The position numbers were made by a program, and so were the translations under genes. The notes below the pieces were generated by a model. The model saw nothing but the letters and a program-made list of their open reading frames with translations, was not told where the DNA came from and made no database searches. This document shows, piece by piece, positions 36,147-46,765 of a DNA stretch of 64,000 nt; the stretch's first letter is position 1, and every line of letters begins with the position of its first letter. Origin of the DNA: Bacillota bacterium (GTDB taxonomy: Bacteria > Bacillota > Clostridia > Oscillospirales > Acutalibacteraceae); NCBI GenBank assembly GCA_023416955.1, contig JAEZGM010000038.1:18648-82647 (forward strand), written 5' to 3'.

Positions 36147-37199
36147 ATGGCATATCGCTTGAATGATAAAATCAGGGATTTAACACCGTACGAACCGATT
36201 TCTGGGACGTATCATATTCGGTTGGATGCCAACGAATCCTTTATGCCGTTGCCGGATGTTCTTCAGGAAAGAATACAGGAAGTCGTGAAACAGGTTTCGT
36301 ATAACCGCTACCCAGATTCCAAAGCAGAGGAGCTTTGTGCACGATTTGCCGGGTATTACGGACTGAATCCGGCTGCTGTTACGGCGGGTAACGGTTCCGA
36401 TGAATTGATTTCCGTCATTTGCAACGCGTTTCTCATGAAGGGGGAGACCATGCTCACCGTTTCCCCAGACTTTTCCATGTATCGTTTTTATGCCTCTGTT
36501 TCCGAATGCAACTGTGTTGTTCATCCCAAGAATCCGGATTTGACCATAGACGTGGATAAACTGATTGCGGACGCCAACGAGCACGACGCCAAAATGATTG
36601 TTTTTTCCAATCCGTGCAATCCTACTTCACTCGGGTTAAAAAAGGAAGAGGTCCGGCGGCTTATTCGCTCCGTAAAGGCGCTTGTTGTGCTGGACGAAGC
36701 CTACATGGATTTTTGGGATCAGTCGCTGCTGCCGGAGGTGGAGCAATACGACAATCTGATGATTTTGCGCACCTGTTCGAAAGCATTCGGCATGGCTGCA
36801 ATCCGTCTCGGTTTTGCAGTTGCCAATCCTACGCTGACGAATGCGCTAAAAGCTGTGAAATCCCCTTACAATGTGAATTCGCTGACGCAGGCAATCGGCG
36901 CAGCCGTCTTGGGTGAGCGTCAGATTCTTGAAAGCGGGCTTACGGAAGTGCTGAAATCACGGGATGAACTATACAATGGCATGAAGCAAATGGAATCCGA
37001 GTATCCGAATAAAATGATTGTTTATCCGACCGTTACAAATTTTGTGCTGGTTCAACTGGAAAACGCCAAGGAAATCTATCAAAGATTGTTGAACAGCGGC
37101 ATTGCGGTGCGTTTCATGGGGGATTTTCTTCGGATTACAGCGGGAACCCCCGAGGAGAACCGAGAGCTTCTTCTGGCTTTTCGACAGGCAATTTTATAG
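36147..37199 (+). CDS. hisC: Histidinol-phosphate aminotransferase
   Basis: 350-aa class-II aminotransferase with a PLP lysine context (RTCSKAFGMAAIRLG). Confidence 0.9.
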   Translation: MAYRLNDKIRDLTPYEPISGTYHIRLDANESFMPLPDVLQERIQEVVKQVSYNRYPDSKAEELCARFAGYYGLNPAAVTAGNGSDELISVICNAFLMKGETMLTVSPDFSMYRFYASVSECNCVVHPKNPDLTIDVDKLIADANEHDAKMIVFSNPCNPTSLGLKKEEVRRLIRSVKALVVLDEAYMDFWDQSLLPEVEQYDNLMILRTCSKAFGMAAIRLGFAVANPTLTNALKAVKSPYNVNSLTQAIGAAVLGERQILESGLTEVLKSRDELYNGMKQMESEYPNKMIVYPTVTNFVLVQLENAKEIYQRLLNSGIAVRFMGDFLRITAGTPEENRELLLAFRQAIL

Positions 37200-37289
37200 G
37201 TAAACGATGATTAAGTCGCCAGACAGCAGTTCGAAGCCGCGAAAATAATGGACTGAGCGGCTTCAGAATTGCTTTAATCAGCGGTTACC
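37199..37289. repeat. Hairpin repeat family 2, long copy (91 bp), between hisC and hisB
   Basis: GGTAAACGATGATTAAGTCG...TAATCAGCGGTTACC. The first 20 nt are identical to the copy at 51648. There is an inner 8-bp stem, GAAGCCGC/GCGGCTTC. Confidence 0.8.
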
Positions 37290-37303
37290 TAATTAATGAG
37301 GAA

Positions 37304-37888
37304 GTGTTTGTGTTGAGAACATCTGTTCAGAATCGTAAAACAAAAGAAACGGATATAAAGCTTGAGCTTTCGCTGGACGGCGGGGAAGCTGCTGTTTCCA
37401 CCGGAGTGGGTTTTTTCGACCATATGCTGAATGCTTTTGCCGTACACGGTGGTTTCGGGCTGAAAATAGAAGCGCAGGGCGATCTTTGGGTTGACTGCCA
37501 CCACACCGTGGAGGACGTGGGAATCGTGCTGGGCAAATCGTTCGCACAGGCACTGGGTGATAAATCCGCCATTGCCCGTTACGGCAGTTTTTACATCCCG
37601 ATGGACGAAGCGCTCGCGTTTGCCAGTGTCGATATCAGCGGCAGGCCATTTCTGGTATTTCAGGCATCCTTTCAGCAGGAGTGCGTCGGGGATTTCGATA
37701 CCTGTATGACGGAGGAATTTTTTCGCGCTTTTGCCATGAATGCCGGAATTACGCTGCATATCCGTCTGGAATACGGCATGAATGCCCATCATGAAATTGA
37801 AGCAATTTTTAAGGCCGTCGCCCACGCGATGCGTATCGCGGTGACGCAAACGGAAGAAGGCGTACTTTCCACAAAAGGTACACTTTGA
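37304..37888 (+). CDS. hisB: Imidazoleglycerol-phosphate dehydratase
   Basis: Motifs RKTKETDI, HH.VED and HH..EA.FKA. The start is ambiguous (GTG 37304, GTG 37310 or TTG 37313). Confidence 0.93.
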   Translation: MFVLRTSVQNRKTKETDIKLELSLDGGEAAVSTGVGFFDHMLNAFAVHGGFGLKIEAQGDLWVDCHHTVEDVGIVLGKSFAQALGDKSAIARYGSFYIPMDEALAFASVDISGRPFLVFQASFQQECVGDFDTCMTEEFFRAFAMNAGITLHIRLEYGMNAHHEIEAIFKAVAHAMRIAVTQTEEGVLSTKGTL

Positions 37889-37903
37889 GCGGGAGACATT
37901 CAG

Positions 37904-38623
37904 ATGATTATTTTACCGGCAATTGATTTGAAAGACGGCGAATGCGTGCGCCTTGTAAAAGGGGACTACGCTACCGCGCATAAAGTAGCGGAAAGCGCGG
38001 TCGAAACCGCAAAGCAATTTCAGGCTGCGGGCGCCGAATGGATTCATATGGTTGACCTAAACGGCGCGAAGTCCGCGCAGCCGGAGAACAGTGGCGTGAT
38101 TTTCGATGTATTGAAGAACACGCCTCTGAAAGTGGAAATCGGCGGTGGAATCCGAAACCTTGAAACGGTTGCGTTCTATCTTGAAAATGGCATATCGAGA
38201 GTGATCCTTGGCTCCGCCGCACTCAGCAATCCGAATTTGGTGCAAACTGCGGTAAGGCGGTACGGTGACCGAATTGCCGTCGGTATTGACGCAAGGGACG
38301 GGAATGTTGCCGCGCAGGGTTGGACGGAGACCTCTGCAGTAAACTACATTGAACTAGCAAAAAAGATGGAAGAATACGGAGTAAAGTATATTATCTTTAC
38401 AGATATTTCCCGGGACGGTACATTGACCGGGCCGAATCTGGAAATGCTGAATACGCTGAATCAGGCGGTATCCAGTAATGTTATCGCAAGCGGTGGGGTC
38501 AGCAATCTGAAAGATATCGCGAATTTGCTGCGTTTAGGCCTTTACGGCGCGATTTGCGGTAAGGCGGTATACACCGGAGATCTTGATTTGAAGTCAGCAA
38601 TTCCAATGACAAAAGGAGCATAA
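37904..38623 (+). CDS. hisA: ProFAR isomerase
   Basis: [17 protein letters not shown]-terminus and a (beta/alpha)8 HisA pattern. Confidence 0.93.
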   Translation: MIILPAIDLKDGECVRLVKGDYATAHKVAESAVETAKQFQAAGAEWIHMVDLNGAKSAQPENSGVIFDVLKNTPLKVEIGGGIRNLETVAFYLENGISRVILGSAALSNPNLVQTAVRRYGDRIAVGIDARDGNVAAQGWTETSAVNYIELAKKMEEYGVKYIIFTDISRDGTLTGPNLEMLNTLNQAVSSNVIASGGVSNLKDIANLLRLGLYGAICGKAVYTGDLDLKSAIPMTKGA

Positions 38624-38624
38624 A

Positions 38625-38984
38625 ATGGAAGGATTAAATGGTGTAAAGCAAAACGCCTTTATAGATAAATTCTTTCAAAAAGGGGAGTTGCTCCCCGCGA
38701 TTGTTCAGGAATACGGGACCGGAGAAGTGCTGATGCTCGCCTATATGAACCGGGAGTCACTGCGAAAGACAATGGAGACCGGCTATACCTGGTTTTACAG
38801 CCGTTCCCGTCAGGAACTGTGGAATAAAGGCGCGACTTCGGGTCACTTGCAGAAAATTGTCAGCATCAAAGGCGACTGTGACGATGATACCCTGCTGATT
38901 ACAGTACATCAGACTGGGGCGGCGTGCCACACCGGCGCGCATAGCTGCTTTTTTAATGAGATATGGAGGGATATCAATGGATGA
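38625..38984 (+). CDS. hisI: Phosphoribosyl-AMP cyclohydrolase
   Basis: 119 aa with motifs WFYSRSR..LW.KG.TSGH and DCD.D..L..V...G.ACHTG..SCF. Confidence 0.9.
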   Translation: MEGLNGVKQNAFIDKFFQKGELLPAIVQEYGTGEVLMLAYMNRESLRKTMETGYTWFYSRSRQELWNKGATSGHLQKIVSIKGDCDDDTLLITVHQTGAACHTGAHSCFFNEIWRDING

Positions 38985-39303
38985 ATCTATGCAGGCGCTT
39001 TACAATATCGTATTAAGCAGAAAGCGGAATCACGAAGAAGGCTCTTATACCTGTTATCTGTTTGAAAAAGGGCTCGACAAGATTCTGAAAAAATGCGGGG
39101 AAGAGTGCAGCGAAGTGATTATCGCGGCGAAAAACGGAGACAACGCCGAAACGGTGCTTGAAATTTCCGACCTGCTCTATCACCTGACCGTGCTGATGGT
39201 CAACGAAGGCATTTCGCTGCACGAGGTTAAAGCCGAACTGGACAAACGCAGTGAAAAAACCGGCAATTTAAAGACTTTTCACCAGGTGGATAAAAACAGC
39301 TGA
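38977..39303 (+). CDS. hisE: Phosphoribosyl-ATP pyrophosphatase
   Basis: 108-aa MazG-like HisE (SYT.YLF..G.DKI.KK.GEE..E..IA). GGAGGG RBS. It overlaps hisI by 8 nt. Confidence 0.88.
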   Translation: MDESMQALYNIVLSRKRNHEEGSYTCYLFEKGLDKILKKCGEECSEVIIAAKNGDNAETVLEISDLLYHLTVLMVNEGISLHEVKAELDKRSEKTGNLKTFHQVDKNS

Positions 39304-39406
39304 GTTGCTTTTGTCTTCCTTAACATATAGCGGATATTCGCGCGTAAAGAAAGGCTCGGTCGGCGTAAACTCGCCTTCCGGGCCTTCCCTCCGTTTATGC
39401 GCAATA

Positions 39407-40363
39407 TCAAAGCTTCTCAAATTCATTGAGAAACCAGATGTCCTGCGCTTCAAATTCTTTACCATTCAAGTAATTCAGAATCCCCGCGTCTGTTGTAAAG
39501 GTAAACTTCAATTGGTAGGAGTACAGCGCCTGATACTTAAAACCGCTCGCCTTGTTTATGGCATTGGTTCCGTATTTTCCGTCGCCCGCAAGCGGGTGGC
39601 CGATGGAAGCAAGGTGCGCGCGAATCTGGTGGGTGCGCCCGGTCAGAAGCTCCACTTCCAAAAGGCTGTACTGCCCGTGCTCTGCCAGAACACGGTATTT
39701 TGTGCGGATCGTTTTGGAATCGTCCGTGGGGCGGTTCAGAATATAGACCTTATTTTGATTTTCGTTTTTTTCCAAAAAGTCTTCAAGGGTGGCTTCTTTC
39801 TTTTTCAGAATCCCGTGCACAATGCAAAGGTACATCTTTTGAAGCTCACGCCGTTTCACCTTTTCATTCATGATGCGCAGCGTTTCCGCATTTTTCGCCG
39901 CCATTACAATGCCGCCCGTATTGCGGTCAATCCGGTTGATCAGCGCGGGGGCGAAGGAAGCCTCATCTTCGGGGCGGTATTCCCCTTTGCTGTGTAGATA
40001 ATGCTGTACGCGCGCAATCAGGGAATCAAAATGATATTGCTCGTCGGGGTGAACGATCAACCCCGGTTTTTTATCGAGAATCATAATGTTTTGATCTTCA
40101 TAAATAATGTTCAGCTTATCCGGCGCTTTCAGAAAATCATATTCTTTCTGTTCCTGTTGGAAAAATTCATCCTTCAGGTACATTGTGAGCACGTCCCCGG
40201 TTTCCAGCCGGGTAGAAATTTCGCAGCGCTTTCCGTTGCATTTGATATCTTTTTTGCGGATTGCCTTATACATCATGGACTGCGGCAGATTGCGGTAGGT
40301 CTTGGTAAGAAATTTGTCGAGCCGCTGCCCGGAATCATTTTTGCCGATTACAATTTCTTTCAT
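39407..40363 (-). CDS. RluA-family 23S rRNA pseudouridine synthase
   Basis: 318 aa with an N-terminal S4 domain and the catalytic motif (NRIDRNTGGIVMAAK). Confidence 0.88.
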   Translation of the reverse strand: MKEIVIGKNDSGQRLDKFLTKTYRNLPQSMMYKAIRKKDIKCNGKRCEISTRLETGDVLTMYLKDEFFQQEQKEYDFLKAPDKLNIIYEDQNIMILDKKPGLIVHPDEQYHFDSLIARVQHYLHSKGEYRPEDEASFAPALINRIDRNTGGIVMAAKNAETLRIMNEKVKRRELQKMYLCIVHGILKKKEATLEDFLEKNENQNKVYILNRPTDDSKTIRTKYRVLAEHGQYSLLEVELLTGRTHQIRAHLASIGHPLAGDGKYGTNAINKASGFKYQALYSYQLKFTFTTDAGILNYLNGKEFEAQDIWFLNEFEKL

Positions 40364-40466
40364 AAATCACAGATGCTCCCGAATTACAGTGAGATTTCTG
40401 CGTTCGCCGCAGAATATGCCTATAAAGTATATCATGGATTCCGCTGCGGCGAAAGCCGAAAATACT

Positions 40467-40494
40467 TTGCAAACAAAATATTTTAGTATATAAT
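40467..40494 (+). promoter_or_regulatory. Candidate sigma-A promoter of pyrE-radC-uvrBA
   Basis: TTGCAA (40467-40472), a 16-nt spacer, then TATAAT (40489-40494). Confidence 0.5.
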
Positions 40495-40530
40495 AAAACT
40501 AATAATGCAAACGGAAAAAGGAGAACGGGA

Positions 40531-41112
40531 ATGATCACACAGGAAAGAGTTATGGACATACTAAAAGAGGCCGGCGTCCTTTTAGAGGGCCATTTTAAGC
40601 TGACATCCGGAAGGCACAGCAACAAATATTTGCAGTGTGCTAAAATATTCCGCAATACGAAATACAGTGAGGAGCTCTGCGGTGCGCTTGCAGAGCAGTT
40701 TCAAAACGACGGCATTCAGATTGTAATCGGCCCGGCGATGGGCGCGGTGCAAATGGCCTATGAAGTAAGCCGCACCCTGCACTGTGAAAATTTCTTTACT
40801 GAACGTGATGAAACAGGGCACATGGTGCTTCGCCGCGGCTTTGCCGTAAACCCCGGCGACCGTGTGTTGGTTGTGGAAGATGTGATTACCACCGGCGGCT
40901 CGGTGTGCGAAGTCATTGAGCTCGTCAAAGCCGCGGGTGGGGAAGTCGTGGGTGTGGGTTCCGTCGTTGACCGTACCGGCGGAAAAATTGATTTCGGCGT
41001 ACCGTTTAAAGCTGTTATTTCTGTCGAAGTAGAGTCGTGGGAACCGGAAGACTGCCCGCTCTGCAAGGCAGGAGCGACGGCTCCGGTAAAGCCGGGAAGC
41101 CGAAAGATATAG
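40531..41112 (+). CDS. pyrE: Orotate phosphoribosyltransferase
   Basis: 193 aa with GHF.L.SG.HS..Y and a PRPP-binding loop (VLVVEDVITTGGS). Confidence 0.88.
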   Translation: MITQERVMDILKEAGVLLEGHFKLTSGRHSNKYLQCAKIFRNTKYSEELCGALAEQFQNDGIQIVIGPAMGAVQMAYEVSRTLHCENFFTERDETGHMVLRRGFAVNPGDRVLVVEDVITTGGSVCEVIELVKAAGGEVVGVGSVVDRTGGKIDFGVPFKAVISVEVESWEPEDCPLCKAGATAPVKPGSRKI

Positions 41113-41140
41113 CCGATAAAAATGTGAAGGAGAGGCCGCA

Positions 41141-41890
41141 TTGGATACAAAGGACGATTATCCGCCGAAAGGAAAAAAGGCTGAACCCTCCGTTCACAGC
41201 GGCCACAGGGAACGAATTAAAAACAAGTTTTTAGCGGAAGGGCTTGACCGTTTCGAACCCCATGAGGTGCTGGAGCTGCTCTTGTATTTTGGAATTCCGC
41301 TGAAAGATACCAATGCAATCGGCCATGCTCTTATTAATCAGTTCGGTTCACTTTCCGCTGTATTTGACGCGCCGATTGAAGAGCTGACGAAAGTCAGCGG
41401 GGTGGGCAAGTCAGCCGCAACGCTCATCAAATTGATTCCCGAGATTTGCCGGCGGTATCAGGATAACCTGAATAACGATAAGAAAAGGATATTCGGCACG
41501 GAGGAAGCAGCAAAAATTTTGATCGGAAAATTCATGGGACGACAGAATGAAGCCGTAGTTCTGATGCTGATGGACAGCAAAAGCCGGTTGCTTTACTGTG
41601 ACGTAATCAATGAGGGTTCGGCGATTGCGGCCAATATTTATATTAAGAAAATTGTGCGTCAGGCGGTACAGTACAACGCGGTATATGCGATTCTCGCACA
41701 CAATCACCCAAGTGGAAACTGTTTGCCGTCAAAACAGGACTTGGATACGACGCGTTGGGTGTTTAACGCGCTTCAGACGGTGGAAGTACGGATGCTTGAC
41801 CATATTATTGTGAGCGACAACGATTATTTTTCCGTCGCAAATACGGAAATAATGCCGGACTTATTTGATCCCCGGAAGGACACGGAATGA
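41141..41890 (+). CDS. radC: RadC-family JAB/MPN-domain protein
   Basis: An HhH N-domain (ELLE.LL..G) and the JAMM motif AHNHPSG. Confidence 0.88.
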   Translation: MDTKDDYPPKGKKAEPSVHSGHRERIKNKFLAEGLDRFEPHEVLELLLYFGIPLKDTNAIGHALINQFGSLSAVFDAPIEELTKVSGVGKSAATLIKLIPEICRRYQDNLNNDKKRIFGTEEAAKILIGKFMGRQNEAVVLMLMDSKSRLLYCDVINEGSAIAANIYIKKIVRQAVQYNAVYAILAHNHPSGNCLPSKQDLDTTRWVFNALQTVEVRMLDHIIVSDNDYFSVANTEIMPDLFDPRKDTE

Positions 41891-43854
41891 CTATGGATTT
41901 TAAATTGGTTTCACAATATCAGCCGACCGGCGATCAGCCAAAGGCGATTCAGGGGTTGGTCGAAGGGCTGGAAAAAGGATACCGGGAACAGACGCTGCTC
42001 GGCGTAACGGGTTCCGGCAAAACATTTACGATGGCAAACGTCATCGCGCAGATGAACCGGCCCACGCTGGTACTGGCGCACAACAAAACGCTGGCAGCGC
42101 AGCTTTGCTCGGAATTTCGCGAGTTTTTTCCGGAAAATTCCGTGGAGTATTTCGTAAGCTATTACGACTATTATCAGCCTGAGGCCTATATTGCGACCAC
42201 GGATACCTACATTGAGAAGGACTCCGCCATCAACGACGAGATCGATAAGTTGAGGCACTCCGCCACCTCAGCGCTGTCCGAACGCCGCGACGTCATCATC
42301 GTTGCAAGCGTCTCGTGTATTTACAGCCTGGGCGACCCAATTGACTACCGAACGATGGTCATTTCACTTCGTCCTGGGATGCAGAAAAACAGGGACGAGC
42401 TGCTGCGCAAGCTGGTGGAAATACAGTATGAGCGGAATGATATCAATTTTGTCCGTAACAAATTTCGCGTCCGTGGGGACGTTGTTGAAATTTTCCCCGC
42501 TCAGTCAAATGATACCGCAGTCCGCGTGGAATTTTTCGGCGACGAAATTGACAGAATCACCGAAATCAATGTGCTGACCGGTGAATTAAAAGCGGAGATA
42601 AAGCATGTTGCGATTTACCCGGCGTCGCATTATATTGTTCCGCACGAAAAAATGCAGCGCGCGCTGGGTGAAATTCAGCAGGAGATGGAAGAGCGCGTCC
42701 GTCTGTTTAAAAGCGAAGGAAAGCTGATTGAAGCGCAGCGGATTCAGGAACGTACCCAGTATGATATGGAAATGCTGCAGGAAATCGGATTCTGTAAGGG
42801 TATTGAGAACTATTCGCGTGTTATGTCCGGCCGTGCGCCGGGAAGTTCCCCGTTTACCTTGCTGGATTATTTTCCGAAGGATTTTCTGCTGTTTGTGGAT
42901 GAGTCCCATGTTACGCTGCCGCAGGTTCGCTCCATGTACGCGGGCGACCGCGCGCGGAAGCAGTCGCTGATCGACTTCGGCTTCCGGCTGCCATCCGCGT
43001 TTGACAACCGTCCGCTGAATTTCGATGAATTTTATGAGCATGTAAATCAGGCGGTATTTGTGAGCGCGACGCCCGGCGACCTTGAAAAAGAAAAATCGGC
43101 GCAGATTGTGGAGCAGGTGATTCGCCCGACCGGCCTTGTCGACCCGGAAATTGTGGTCAAGCCGACCGACGGTCAAATTGACGACTTGATTTCAGAAATC
43201 AACTTGCGAACAGCGGAAAAAGAGCGCGTGCTGGTTACGACGCTAACGAAGAAAATGGCGGAAGACCTTACTTCCTACCTGGAAGGGATGGGGATCCGTG
43301 TTCGTTACATGCACCATGATATTGACACGGTGGAACGCATGGAAATTATCCGTGACCTGCGGCTCGGCGAGTTTGATGTTTTGGTCGGCATCAATCTGCT
43401 GCGCGAAGGATTGGACATTCCGGAGGTTTCGCTCGTGGCGATTCTGGACGCGGACAAAGAAGGCTTCCTGCGTTCGGAGCGGTCATTGATTCAGACAATC
43501 GGCCGCGCGGCGCGTAACGCAAAGGGACAGGTCATCATGTACGGCGACTCAGTTACGCCGTCTATGGAAAGAGCACTCCGTGAAACGGAGCGCCGCCGCG
43601 CGATTCAGATGGCGTATAACGCAGAGCACGGAATTGTGCCGCAGACGATTGTCAAAAAAGTGTCTGAAATCCTTGAAATATCCACTCATAAGGATGACGA
43701 TAAGGGCAAGAAGCAGAAGCGGCTTACAGCCATTGAGCGTAAGCAGATGATCGAACAGCTTACAAAAGAAATGAAAGCGGCTGCGAAACTGCTTGAATTT
43801 GAGCACGCGGCCTATCTGCGCGACAAAATCAAACAGCTCAGCGGTCAGAAATGA
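41887..43854 (+). CDS. uvrB: Excinuclease ABC subunit B
   Basis: 655 aa with GVTGSGKT Walker A, helicase motifs and a C-terminal UVR domain. The ATG overlaps the radC stop (ATGA). Confidence 0.97.
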   Translation: MTMDFKLVSQYQPTGDQPKAIQGLVEGLEKGYREQTLLGVTGSGKTFTMANVIAQMNRPTLVLAHNKTLAAQLCSEFREFFPENSVEYFVSYYDYYQPEAYIATTDTYIEKDSAINDEIDKLRHSATSALSERRDVIIVASVSCIYSLGDPIDYRTMVISLRPGMQKNRDELLRKLVEIQYERNDINFVRNKFRVRGDVVEIFPAQSNDTAVRVEFFGDEIDRITEINVLTGELKAEIKHVAIYPASHYIVPHEKMQRALGEIQQEMEERVRLFKSEGKLIEAQRIQERTQYDMEMLQEIGFCKGIENYSRVMSGRAPGSSPFTLLDYFPKDFLLFVDESHVTLPQVRSMYAGDRARKQSLIDFGFRLPSAFDNRPLNFDEFYEHVNQAVFVSATPGDLEKEKSAQIVEQVIRPTGLVDPEIVVKPTDGQIDDLISEINLRTAEKERVLVTTLTKKMAEDLTSYLEGMGIRVRYMHHDIDTVERMEIIRDLRLGEFDVLVGINLLREGLDIPEVSLVAILDADKEGFLRSERSLIQTIGRAARNAKGQVIMYGDSVTPSMERALRETERRRAIQMAYNAEHGIVPQTIVKKVSEILEISTHKDDDKGKKQKRLTAIERKQMIEQLTKEMKAAAKLLEFEHAAYLRDKIKQLSGQK

Positions 43855-43878
43855 TATTTGTTTTCTACGGAGGAAATC

Positions 43879-46704
43879 ATGACAGCAAAGAATATTTTTG
43901 TCAAAGGGGCAAGGGAGCACAATTTAAATAATATTGATATTGAAATCCCGCGCGATGAACTTATCGTTTTTACGGGCCTTTCCGGCTCCGGTAAATCTTC
44001 TCTTGCGTTTGACACGATCTATGCGGAGGGCCAGCGGCGCTATGTGGAGTCGTTGTCCTCCTACGCGCGCCAGTTTCTGGGGCAGATGGAAAAACCGGAC
44101 GTTGATTATATTGATGGATTGTCACCCGCAATTTCCATTGATCAAAAGACTACGTCGAAAAATCCGCGTTCCACGGTCGGTACGGTAACGGAAATTTACG
44201 ATTACCTGCGTTTGTTATATGCCCGAATCGGCGTACCGCACTGCCCGGTCTGCGGCAGGGAAATTACGCAGCAGACTATTGATCAGATTGTTGACCGGGT
44301 GCTCACTTTACCGGAGGGCACAAAGGTGCAGATTCTGGCGCCCGTTGTGCGGGGCAGAAAAGGGGAGCACGTCAAGGAACTGGACTCCGCGCGAAAAAGC
44401 GGTTTTGTACGCGCGCGCGTCGACGGCAATCTTTATGATTTAAGTGAGAGCATTTCGCTGGAGAAGAACAAGAAACACACCATCGAAATTGTTGTGGACA
44501 GGTTGGTCATCAATCCGTCCATTCATTCCAGGCTGGCGGATTCCATTGAAACCGCTTCCGGCCTTTCCGGCGGATTGATTATTGTCAGCGTGGCAGATGG
44601 GGAAGACCTTACTTTTTCCCAAAGCTACGCCTGCCCGGAACACGGAATCGGCGTGGAAGAGCTGACCCCCCGCATGTTCTCGTTCAACAATCCGTTCGGT
44701 GCATGCCCAAAGTGCACGGGGCTTGGTGTGTTCATGAAAATAGACCCGGATTTGATCATACCGGATAAATTCCTTTCCATTAACAAAGGCGGTCTGAAGG
44801 CAAGCGGCTGGGCGATGGAGGGAAGTACAATTGCTTCCATGTATATGGTCGCGCTGGCGAAGCATTACCACTTTTCACTGGACACTCCTTTGGGCAAGCT
44901 TTCTCCTGAGATTATTGATATTCTCCTTTACGGTACAAAAGGCGAGAAGATTACGGTGGAGCGACACAATGAATACGGCAGCGGTACCTATAAGACTGAG
45001 TTTGAGGGTATCGTGAATAATTTGGAGCGCCGTTTTCGTGAAACGCAGAGCAGCTGGATTAAAGAGGAAATTGAGGGGTACATGAGCGCGATTCCCTGTG
45101 ATGCCTGTCATGGCAAGCGGCTCTCTCCGATCAGCCTTGCCGTAACGGTCGGGGGAATCAACATCAGCGAGTTCTGCGACAAATCCATTTCACAGGCGCT
45201 TGAATTTGTAGAGAGCCTGCAGCTGAACGAGCGGGATACATTAATTGCGCATTCCATTCTGAAAGAGATCAAAAGCCGGCTGGGCTTTCTGCAAAGCGTA
45301 GGGCTTGAGTACCTCACTCTCTCGCGCGCTTCGGGTACGCTGTCCGGCGGCGAAAGCCAGCGTATTCGTCTTGCGACGCAGATTGGCTCTTCTCTGATGG
45401 GCGTTCTGTATATTCTTGACGAACCCAGTATCGGCCTGCATCAGCGCGACAACGACAAACTGCTCGCCACGCTGAAGCATCTGCGTGATCTCGGCAACAC
45501 CGTAATCGTCGTAGAACACGATGAGGATACCATGCGTGCCGCCGACCATATTGTCGACATCGGCCCGGGCGCCGGTATTCACGGCGGAAATGTCGTGTTT
45601 AACGGCAAAGTGGAGGACATTCTGAAATGTAAGGAATCCATTACGGGGCAGTATCTGAGCGGCGCGAAAAAGGTAGAAATACCGGAAATACGCAGAAAAG
45701 GAAACGGCAAGAAGTTGAAAATTGTCGGTGCCTCGCAGAATAATCTGCGGAATATCAATGTTGATATTCCGCTGGGTGAGTTCGTCTGTGTAACCGGTGT
45801 TTCCGGTTCGGGTAAATCCTCGCTGATTAACGAAATTCTGTATAAGCACCTTGCTGCGGAGTTAAACGGCGCAAAATCCCGCCCCGGAGCATTTAAGGAG
45901 ATAAAGGGACTGGAATATCTGGATAAAGTGATCCAGATTGACCAGTCGCCGATCGGGCGCACGCCGCGCTCAAACCCGGCGACATATACCGGAGTGTTTA
46001 CCGATATCCGCGAACTGTTTGCCTCCACACAGGAAGCGAAGCTGCGCGGGTTTACTTCCGGGCGCTTTTCGTTCAATGTAAAAGGCGGGCGCTGTGAAGC
46101 GTGCGAGGGCGACGGAATTTTAAAAATTGAAATGCACTTCCTTCCCGACGTCTATGTACCCTGCGACGTATGCAAAGGAAAGCGATACAACCGCGAAACG
46201 CTGGAAATCAAGTACAAAGGGAAGAATATCTACGATGTGCTCGAGATGACAGTAGAAGAAGGCCTTTCGTTCTTTTCAAGCCTTCCGCGTATTGCGCGCA
46301 AGCTGCAGACCTTGCAGGACGTAGGTCTGGGTTACATTAAAATCGGTCAGCCTGCGACGACACTTTCGGGCGGAGAAGCGCAGCGCGTGAAGCTTGCTAC
46401 GGAGCTTTCCAAGCGCAGCACGGGGAAGACCATTTATATTCTCGATGAACCGACTACCGGTCTGCATATTGCCGACGTGCATATGCTGATCGGTGTGCTG
46501 CAAAAGCTTGTTGACAGCGGGAACTCGGTTCTGGTCATCGAGCATAATCTGGACATGATCAAAACCGCGGACTATCTCATTGACCTTGGGCCGGAAGGCG
46601 GCAGCGGCGGCGGAATGGTTATTGCCAAAGGGACGCCTGAGCAGGTGGCCAAGGTGCCGGAATCCTACACAGGACAGTATTTGAAAAAGATGTTGAAAAA
46701 ATGA
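43879..46704 (+). CDS. uvrA: Excinuclease ABC subunit A
   Basis: Two ABC ATPase modules ([18 protein letters not shown]) and zinc fingers. ACGGAGGAAA RBS before ATG 43879. Confidence 0.97.
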   Translation: MTAKNIFVKGAREHNLNNIDIEIPRDELIVFTGLSGSGKSSLAFDTIYAEGQRRYVESLSSYARQFLGQMEKPDVDYIDGLSPAISIDQKTTSKNPRSTVGTVTEIYDYLRLLYARIGVPHCPVCGREITQQTIDQIVDRVLTLPEGTKVQILAPVVRGRKGEHVKELDSARKSGFVRARVDGNLYDLSESISLEKNKKHTIEIVVDRLVINPSIHSRLADSIETASGLSGGLIIVSVADGEDLTFSQSYACPEHGIGVEELTPRMFSFNNPFGACPKCTGLGVFMKIDPDLIIPDKFLSINKGGLKASGWAMEGSTIASMYMVALAKHYHFSLDTPLGKLSPEIIDILLYGTKGEKITVERHNEYGSGTYKTEFEGIVNNLERRFRETQSSWIKEEIEGYMSAIPCDACHGKRLSPISLAVTVGGINISEFCDKSISQALEFVESLQLNERDTLIAHSILKEIKSRLGFLQSVGLEYLTLSRASGTLSGGESQRIRLATQIGSSLMGVLYILDEPSIGLHQRDNDKLLATLKHLRDLGNTVIVVEHDEDTMRAADHIVDIGPGAGIHGGNVVFNGKVEDILKCKESITGQYLSGAKKVEIPEIRRKGNGKKLKIVGASQNNLRNINVDIPLGEFVCVTGVSGSGKSSLINEILYKHLAAELNGAKSRPGAFKEIKGLEYLDKVIQIDQSPIGRTPRSNPATYTGVFTDIRELFASTQEAKLRGFTSGRFSFNVKGGRCEACEGDGILKIEMHFLPDVYVPCDVCKGKRYNRETLEIKYKGKNIYDVLEMTVEEGLSFFSSLPRIARKLQTLQDVGLGYIKIGQPATTLSGGEAQRVKLATELSKRSTGKTIYILDEPTTGLHIADVHMLIGVLQKLVDSGNSVLVIEHNLDMIKTADYLIDLGPEGGSGGGMVIAKGTPEQVAKVPESYTGQYLKKMLKK

Positions 46705-46716
46705 ACCGAATATGAC

Positions 46717-46750
46717 AAAAGCGGGTTGGCGTATTGCCGACCCGCTTTTT
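46717..46750. terminator. Bidirectional terminator between convergent uvrA and murC
   Basis: AAAA-GCGGGTTGGC-gtatt-GCCGACCCGC-TTTTT, a 10-bp stem including one G-U pair. Confidence 0.75.
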
Positions 46751-46765
46751 GCGTAAATTTCCGGA

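Noticed and set aside
40364-41140. A LexA/Cheo SOS box (CGAAC-N4-GTTCG) upstream of pyrE-radC-uvrBA and of recN (around 60780-60806). A look-alike, GTTCGAAATGTTC, lies at 51798-51810.
   Set aside because: There is no acceptable match in either upstream region by eye. The 51.8-kb look-alike fails the consensus spacing and half-sites.
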